A stretch of 64,000 nt of DNA. Origin: a virus. How positions within the stretch are numbered: position 1 is the stretch's first letter; every line of letters starts with the position of its first letter. Where the stretch lies: the IMG/VR virus record IMGVR_UViG_3300032401_000690, positions 1 through 64,000 of that record; one strand, 5' to 3'. A program made the translations under genes and the position numbers. Below, piece after piece: positions 59,401-64,000 of the stretch. The notes beneath the pieces are model-generated. The model saw nothing but the letters and a program-made list of their open reading frames with translations, searched no databases and was not told the origin of the DNA.

Positions 59401-60457
59401 GAACCTTGATATGGGAACTAACAACATTACGAATGTTGGGACTGTTGATGGTGTTACGGTATCCGCACACGCAACAAGACATCAGTTTGGTGGTTTAGAC
59501 CCTGTTGGTTCAACAACTCCAGGACCTAATTACATTCCATATGCTGACGTTAGTGGAACATTAAATGATTGGGTATCAACCGCATCAACCACAACATTTG
59601 GTAAAGTAATAACATCAAGTTCAAGTACTACAGTTGTTAGTGATAATGACCCAAGATTTTTAAATTCATTTACGGGTGGAACATATTCGGGAGGGACGTT
59701 ATCTTTAAATAATAATAGTGGGGGGACTTATAATATATTAGGATTTTATACGGGAGCAACTGATGTATTTGTTACGGGGGGAACTTATAATAATGGGACA
59801 AGTACATTTACAAATAACACCGGAGGAACATTTAATGTGTCGGGGTTTTTGTCTAATGCAACAACGGCAGTTACATTATCATCTAATGTGTTAAGTGTAA
59901 CTTCAAGTGGTGGAACACCAACAACAACTACGATTAATGCGGCAACGGGAGGAACATATTCAAACGGTACAATAACACTTGATGGTACAGGAACGTTATC
60001 AACAATAACTGGGTTATATACAGGAAGTACTGATGTTTTCGTAACTGGAGGAACTTACTCTAATGGAACAAGTATTTTTACAAATAATACCGGAGGTACA
60101 TTTAATGTCACAGGGTTCTTATCTACAGACACATACGTGACAGGTGTTACATATTCGGCAAATACTTTAACGGTACAACAAAATCAAGGTCAATCAAACA
60201 TAACAACAACGATTGGTTTAAATATAAAATCTAACACAATTACTGCGGGAAGTTTCGCAGGTAACCCCAAGAAAAATACCGTCACATTTACAACCGCGTA
60301 CCCTACCGATAATTATACTATTGGTATTACAGGTTCTGATAATAGAACTTTTACTTACGAATCAAAAACCGTTAATGGGTTTACAATAAACACAAATGCA
60401 AATACCGTACTAACAGGAAATGTGGATTGGCAAACTACCCAAATAGGTGAATCATAA
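56456..60457 (+). CDS. Large tail fibre/tailspike-like protein with internal Thr/Gly repeats
   Basis: 1333 aa; repeated DVFVTGGTY..GTSTFTNNTGGTF and TIN.VTGLTVNGILSA; beta-helix start SINSAVDY...ITVGPGVFYE; H-type-lectin-like C-terminus. Confidence 0.75.
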   Translation: MMSFSLSGGVEVFGFISPSEPTDTYPVIDPIYGIDGLRNVDTLSDLDNIPELRRRAGMVVGVSGGTEYYKLNPPPWNLDFTDWSVFNSGGSGLSSYTYNNNTFTILDLTGGTYSATINEVTGLTVNGILSAMTYENLPIDVFVTGGTYSAGTSTFVNNTGGTFDVTGFYTGDTDDNTYITGFTYSANTFTISDNSGTTFNSTINEVTGLTVNGILSATTYENLPTDVYVTGGTYNNGTSTFTNNTGGTFNVNGFYTGATDVFVTGGTYNNGTSTFTNNTGGTFDVTGFYTGETDDNQYVTGFTYSANTFTISDNSGNTFNSTINDVTGLTVNGILSATTISGGTFYGNGLELTRVENLVTVGLNGTNCDFGSINSAVDYLISSGNTSSTNRYVITVGPGVFYENEIDLTNIPYVSIVGSSVQTTQILPNTNTQHIVKIGANNEISFLTFSGAPLGYSAIYCYDIGDYAQAHKISFYDCDINVWVESNSQDTKFYGEYLDYNGTYTYGTKVIGNNGYEALANMENYYNFPTGGNITYCNYATGSGATLSVFVGDNQSNGVSGSTAYFAQDGAGLYCSTITINGFTYGIRNPNVGDPIRFDIDNASIVGGEWDLYIERITTFGTFGGSANSQKTYSVSPDIYWAFLDIEDGQFDITRKASVTFTDGSHTDFTTLIFDGGPMGLLSGGTLTTVSGTTIQTDRGFGYVEKSDNSGIVRRINWDNSEITLSENTNTYIFINENGNLGGSGTRPNSFYNIILGRVVTNSTEVSFIDLTPFNAEHTSNRFGSLFREALGPIYSLGSIVTEGTPTYTLDVTDGEYYFSTTEILPSGGTGITFNQYYRNGSGGWITSGTTTVVNGYDDNSGTISPLPLSAYTKHTLYLVGDGIYENYFLVLGQNQYSTLIEAELGLLPTPPTYFTDSVVQVANIYIRQGSSGITQIEDIRPIIGFKSGGVNASSVHGNLLGLSADDHIQYLLVNGGRPMSGNLDMGTNNITNVGTVDGVTVSAHATRHQFGGLDPVGSTTPGPNYIPYADVSGTLNDWVSTASTTTFGKVITSSSSTTVVSDNDPRFLNSFTGGTYSGGTLSLNNNSGGTYNILGFYTGATDVFVTGGTYNNGTSTFTNNTGGTFNVSGFLSNATTAVTLSSNVLSVTSSGGTPTTTTINAATGGTYSNGTITLDGTGTLSTITGLYTGSTDVFVTGGTYSNGTSIFTNNTGGTFNVTGFLSTDTYVTGVTYSANTLTVQQNQGQSNITTTIGLNIKSNTITAGSFAGNPKKNTVTFTTAYPTDNYTIGITGSDNRTFTYESKTVNGFTINTNANTVLTGNVDWQTTQIGES

Positions 60458-60469
60458 TAATTATATATA

Positions 60470-60928
60470 ATGGGAAATTTTATAACAGATAATATAATAT
60501 CCGAAGGTAGTATATCAGGAGTTACCATAAGTGGTAATACATTTTACGGTAATGGATCAGGACTTACAAATGTTTCTGCAACATTTTCTAAATCGTGGGA
60601 TGCTGGTGGAGGATTTATTACAACAGGTAATACACGATATTTAATATCTAATACTACTTGTACAATCAATCGATGGAGTATAATTGCAACAGGAACAAAT
60701 CCCACCTGTACGATTGATATATGGAAGGTAGGTACAGGAACATCTTTACCTACAGTATCTAACACTATAATGGGAACTAAACCTATACTATCAACAGGAA
60801 ATGCGGTTCGTTCAACTATTACAACTGGTTGGACTACATTATCAATTACTGAAGGAGATATCATTGCATTTAATATTGATAGTGTAAGTAACACATTAAC
60901 ATTAACATTCACATTAGAAGTTGCTTAA
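60470..60928 (+). CDS. Putative fibre-associated protein
   Basis: 152 aa; shares ISG.TFYGNG..LT motif with the upstream fibre. Confidence 0.6.
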   Translation: MGNFITDNIISEGSISGVTISGNTFYGNGSGLTNVSATFSKSWDAGGGFITTGNTRYLISNTTCTINRWSIIATGTNPTCTIDIWKVGTGTSLPTVSNTIMGTKPILSTGNAVRSTITTGWTTLSITEGDIIAFNIDSVSNTLTLTFTLEVA

Positions 60929-60959
60929 ATATAAAAAAATAAATTAAAAATAATCAATT

Positions 60960-63089
60960 ATGCCTATAATAACAGTATCAAATACAGGAGGAAATTGGAA
61001 CGCAGGAACAACTTGGGTTGGTGGGGTAGTTCCTAGTGCTACATTAGATACTGTGGCATTTACATCTACATCGGGACAATTAACAGTTAACGTTCCATCA
61101 ACTTGTATTGGGATAAGATTTACCAACTATGTAAATACAATTACATTTACAACTACACTTACTATAAATGGTCCAATAAATCTAGGTACGGGTGGATATA
61201 CACAAGCAGGTGCAAGTGGATTAATAGCAGGTGCAACATCAACATTAACATCGGGAGGAGTAACTTGGTCTAGATTATTTACATTTGCGGGTGCATCCCA
61301 AACTTTTACATTAGCAGATAACTGGACGATAAGTGGGAATATAACAATAAATGGTACAACATCAGTTATTATAAATGGTAATACTTTAAATATTGGTGGT
61401 AACTTAACCCAAACCACAACTGCAATTGTTTCAGGAACAACGGCATTCAACTTTAACGGTACAGGCACTTGGAGTAATTCAAGTACTGGATCAATTAGAA
61501 ATAATACCACAATAAACACTACAGGTACTTTAACTATAGGAACCAATGTTTATTACGATACAGGTACATTAACTAGAACATCTGGAACTGTAATAACCAC
61601 AGGTTCAACATTAAATATTGGAGCCGCAACAACATTAACTACTAATGGTATTACTTGGAATAATATTAATACAACCACAGGAGTAGTTATAACATTAGGA
61701 AGTAACTTAACTTTAACAGGAACATTAAGTTTAGGAAATGGTGTAACAAGTTTTACTTTAGGTGGATTTAATTTAATAAGTACAAATGCTAATTTAACTA
61801 TGTTGGGAGTAAATGCAATTTTTACAATGCCAGCAAATCAAACGTTTAAATCATTAACTATAACAGGTACAAATGCAACTCTGAATGCAAATACTTTAAC
61901 TATAACAGGAAATCTCACAATTAATGCTGGTGTATCTGGAACAACTACAATAGTTTATGGTGGTACTGGTACTTGGACTGCTTTAAATACTACTTCTTTA
62001 ATAAGTAATATTCTAACTATTAACACACCAGGAACACTTACTATTTCGGGAATAGTTTATAAACAATTAGGACTTTTTACTTATACGACTGGAACAATTA
62101 TAGACACAACGGGTACTGTATCTGTGCAATCAATAACTTTAAACTTATCAGGATTTACATTCAGAAAATTACTTGTAAATAATACAATTACTTTAACGAG
62201 TAATATCAACGCAACTACTTTTGGTACTTGGGGTGCTAATGTAATAACCTTTACATTAGGTGCTTTTTCACTTAATTTTACAAATCTTGAATTGGGTAAT
62301 ACAGGTATAACCACATTACCAACCGCTTGGGTATGCCAAAATATAGAATTTGCAAATGGTGGAACTGGTACATTAAATACTAATTCTATTACTATTAACG
62401 GTAATATTTTACAATCATCTATTGGTATTTATGGAGGAACTACAACTTTTACATATGCAGGAACTGGTAGTTGGACATCAACGAGTACAGGATATTTTAG
62501 TAATACGTTTAATATCAACACTGCCGGTACATTAACTTTTATAAGTGGTAATATTGGAGGTGGGACATTTACTTACACATCAGGTACCGTTGTAACTACG
62601 AGTTCAACTTTGACTATTAACGTATCAACAACATTAAATACTAATGGTATTACTTGGAATAATGTAACTTTATCTAATACAGCAATATATACATATACAA
62701 TAAATTCTCCATTTGTTGGGACAGGGACTTTAACCATAGGAACAAGTACATCAACAATATTTGCAGGTACTGCAGGATTTACTTTTGGGATATTAACTAA
62801 TGCATCAACCGTGGCAACATCAGTAACACTTGTTAATGGATTAACATACACCATAACATCATCATTAAATTGTTTTACAACTCGTAATGGGTCTTCATTA
62901 TTATTTACATCTAATCACGCTACATTAACATCTAATTTAATATTTTCTGGGGGTGCTACTTGTAATGTCTTAGCAAATTTTACACGAATAAATGCAAGTG
63001 GTGGAAGACCTATAATGACTTTTAATGGAACATTAGTAGGTTGTTCTAATATTATTGAAAGACACGATTTTGTAACATATGGATATTAA
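60960..63089 (+). CDS. Thr/Gly/Asn-rich beta-helix putative virion protein
   Basis: 709 aa with very few charged residues; GGNWN..TWVGGVVP...D.V.F start; repeated GTGTW...INT.GTLT units. Confidence 0.7.
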   Translation: MPIITVSNTGGNWNAGTTWVGGVVPSATLDTVAFTSTSGQLTVNVPSTCIGIRFTNYVNTITFTTTLTINGPINLGTGGYTQAGASGLIAGATSTLTSGGVTWSRLFTFAGASQTFTLADNWTISGNITINGTTSVIINGNTLNIGGNLTQTTTAIVSGTTAFNFNGTGTWSNSSTGSIRNNTTINTTGTLTIGTNVYYDTGTLTRTSGTVITTGSTLNIGAATTLTTNGITWNNINTTTGVVITLGSNLTLTGTLSLGNGVTSFTLGGFNLISTNANLTMLGVNAIFTMPANQTFKSLTITGTNATLNANTLTITGNLTINAGVSGTTTIVYGGTGTWTALNTTSLISNILTINTPGTLTISGIVYKQLGLFTYTTGTIIDTTGTVSVQSITLNLSGFTFRKLLVNNTITLTSNINATTFGTWGANVITFTLGAFSLNFTNLELGNTGITTLPTAWVCQNIEFANGGTGTLNTNSITINGNILQSSIGIYGGTTTFTYAGTGSWTSTSTGYFSNTFNINTAGTLTFISGNIGGGTFTYTSGTVVTTSSTLTINVSTTLNTNGITWNNVTLSNTAIYTYTINSPFVGTGTLTIGTSTSTIFAGTAGFTFGILTNASTVATSVTLVNGLTYTITSSLNCFTTRNGSSLLFTSNHATLTSNLIFSGGATCNVLANFTRINASGGRPIMTFNGTLVGCSNIIERHDFVTYGY

Positions 63090-63125
63090 AATATATGTGT
63101 GATTCAACATTCACGTATTTTATGT

Positions 63126-63240
63126 TTGACCTTAATTTTTTAATAACACAAAATTATGTATATTTTGTTATATAACTTAAAATGTAAATATTTATAACAA
63201 AACAAAATTATGTCAGACATTTTATTGTTGTTGATAATTT
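63126..63240 (+). repeat. Degenerate copy of 47791-47990 (gene end, promoter, fibre start)
   Basis: ataacttaaaatgtaaatatttataacaaaacaaaattatgtcagac (63172-63218) versus ataactaaaaatgtaaatatttataaaaaaaaacaaaattatgtcagac (47861-47909). Confidence 0.8.
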
Positions 63241-63293
63241 TATTGATTTACTTAAAAGATTAACTAATTTATAAGAGTATAGTATAAATTAAA

Positions 63294-64000
63294 ATGCCAC
63301 ACACAATAGAAATAACAGGAGCAACCGGAACACCACCATATTCAGTATATGTGTGTGATTCAACATTCACGTATTGTTATGTAGTAACAGGATCAACAAT
63401 GATCCCCCCAACATTTATCTTTGATGTTCCATCACCATTAGATGTTGCTTCTTCAGTTATTGTTAAAATTGTTGATGCGAATGGTTGTGAAACGTTTGAA
63501 CCATATTCTTGTCCTCCGACACCAACACCAACACCAACAATTACACCAACACCATCATCAACACCAACGGATCTGTGTTATTGTTTAATGGCAGTTAATT
63601 CGTCTATGGTTGCCGGTTCGTTTGATTATATTGATTGTGATGGTGTTTTACAAAAAAATATACCAGTACCAATTGGTGTGACGTATTATGCGTGTGGTTG
63701 GGCACCTACCAATTTGGTTAATGTGAGTGTTGGAATTGGGAACTTATGTTCTTTGAGTAGTTGTGTTCCCCCATTACCAAGTATGTCGGCAACACCTACA
63801 CCTACACCAACACCTACACAAACACCATTACCTGTTGCCTTTGTAAGTCTTTGGAGAACATCAAATACGTCAGCAGGATCAAGTACAAGTACTCAAGTAA
63901 CATTACCGTTAAACTCGTCAGGAACATATAACTTTGTTGTTGATTGGGGTGATGGTGGTCCAACAGACACAATTACCGTTTGGAATGATCTTGCAACAAC
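63294..64000 (+). CDS. PT-repeat, Cys-containing surface/virion protein running off the window end
   Basis: Translated by hand from ATG 63294 with no stop: MPHTIEITGATGTPPY...VDANGC...PTPTPT...FVSLWRT...TYNFVVDWGDG. Confidence 0.75.
   Translation, partial: MPHTIEITGATGTPPYSVYVCDSTFTYCYVVTGSTMIPPTFIFDVPSPLDVASSVIVKIVDANGCETFEPYSCPPTPTPTPTITPTPSSTPTDLCYCLMAVNSSMVAGSFDYIDCDGVLQKNIPVPIGVTYYACGWAPTNLVNVSVGIGNLCSLSSCVPPLPSMSATPTPTPTPTQTPLPVAFVSLWRTSNTSAGSSTSTQVTLPLNSSGTYNFVVDWGDGGPTDTITVWNDLAT

Larger units (their letters stand above)
1589..63196. promoter_or_regulatory. Dispersed putative late-promoter motif TATTTAT(A)
   Basis: Plus strand at 1589, 3738, 5212, 6299, 9669, 10464, 13174, 45625, 47878, 55641, 63189; minus strand at 15758, 19528, 23578, 38414, 40684, 42688, 45605; each within about 25 nt upstream of an ATG. 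Confidence 0.65.

Noticed and set aside
63126-63218. Template/variable repeat pair of a diversity-generating retroelement with 47791-47909
   Set aside because: Mismatches are not confined to adenines, indels are present, and no reverse transcriptase is in the window
1-64000. Many short or opposite-strand ORFs in the track (e.g. 712-1206, 2858-3118, 6314-6604, 42752-43261, 61127-61546)
   Set aside because: They overlap well-supported genes and show no motifs; shadow ORFs
1-64000. Stop-codon reassignment as in some large phages
   Set aside because: Standard code gives full-length conserved genes and dense coding; TAG and TGA end genes at sensible positions (1588, 3737, 10359)
1-64000. tRNA, rRNA or other structured RNA genes
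   Set aside because: Intergenic gaps are short and AT-rich; no cloverleaf or T-loop motif recognised by eye (a tRNAscan/Infernal run would settle it)

Overview
AT-rich, gene-dense 64 kb segment of a large T4-like (myovirus-type) dsDNA phage, probably infecting Bacteroidota (inferred from a phage bS21, A-rich start contexts without Shine-Dalgarno sites, and Bacteroidota-type surface-protein domains). Order: terminase C-half, portal, bS21, prohead protease, scaffold and major capsid (+, 1-9.6 kb); a secreted T9SS-like protein; a long minus-strand block (13-45.6 kb) with Cys-rich virion proteins, baseplate hub, a gp55-like late sigma factor, PhoH, a large sugar-synthesis/glycosyltransferase island, a fractured dUTPase, an exonuclease and a WYL protein; then a plus-strand fibre region (45.6-64 kb) that encloses a second modification module (GT8, TibC/Aah-like and GT9-like transferases, sulfotransferase, APS kinase, HxGH nucleotidyltransferase). 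Highlights: (i) two fractured genes that need protein trans-splicing, each with a free-standing endonuclease next to the break, including a split-intein dUTPase; (ii) a candidate virion glycosylation plus sulfation system next to Ser/Thr-rich repeat fibres; (iii) a recurrent TATTTAT(A) promoter motif paired with a phage sigma factor; (iv) six homing-type endonucleases. All functional calls come from motif recognition by eye; no database search was run.
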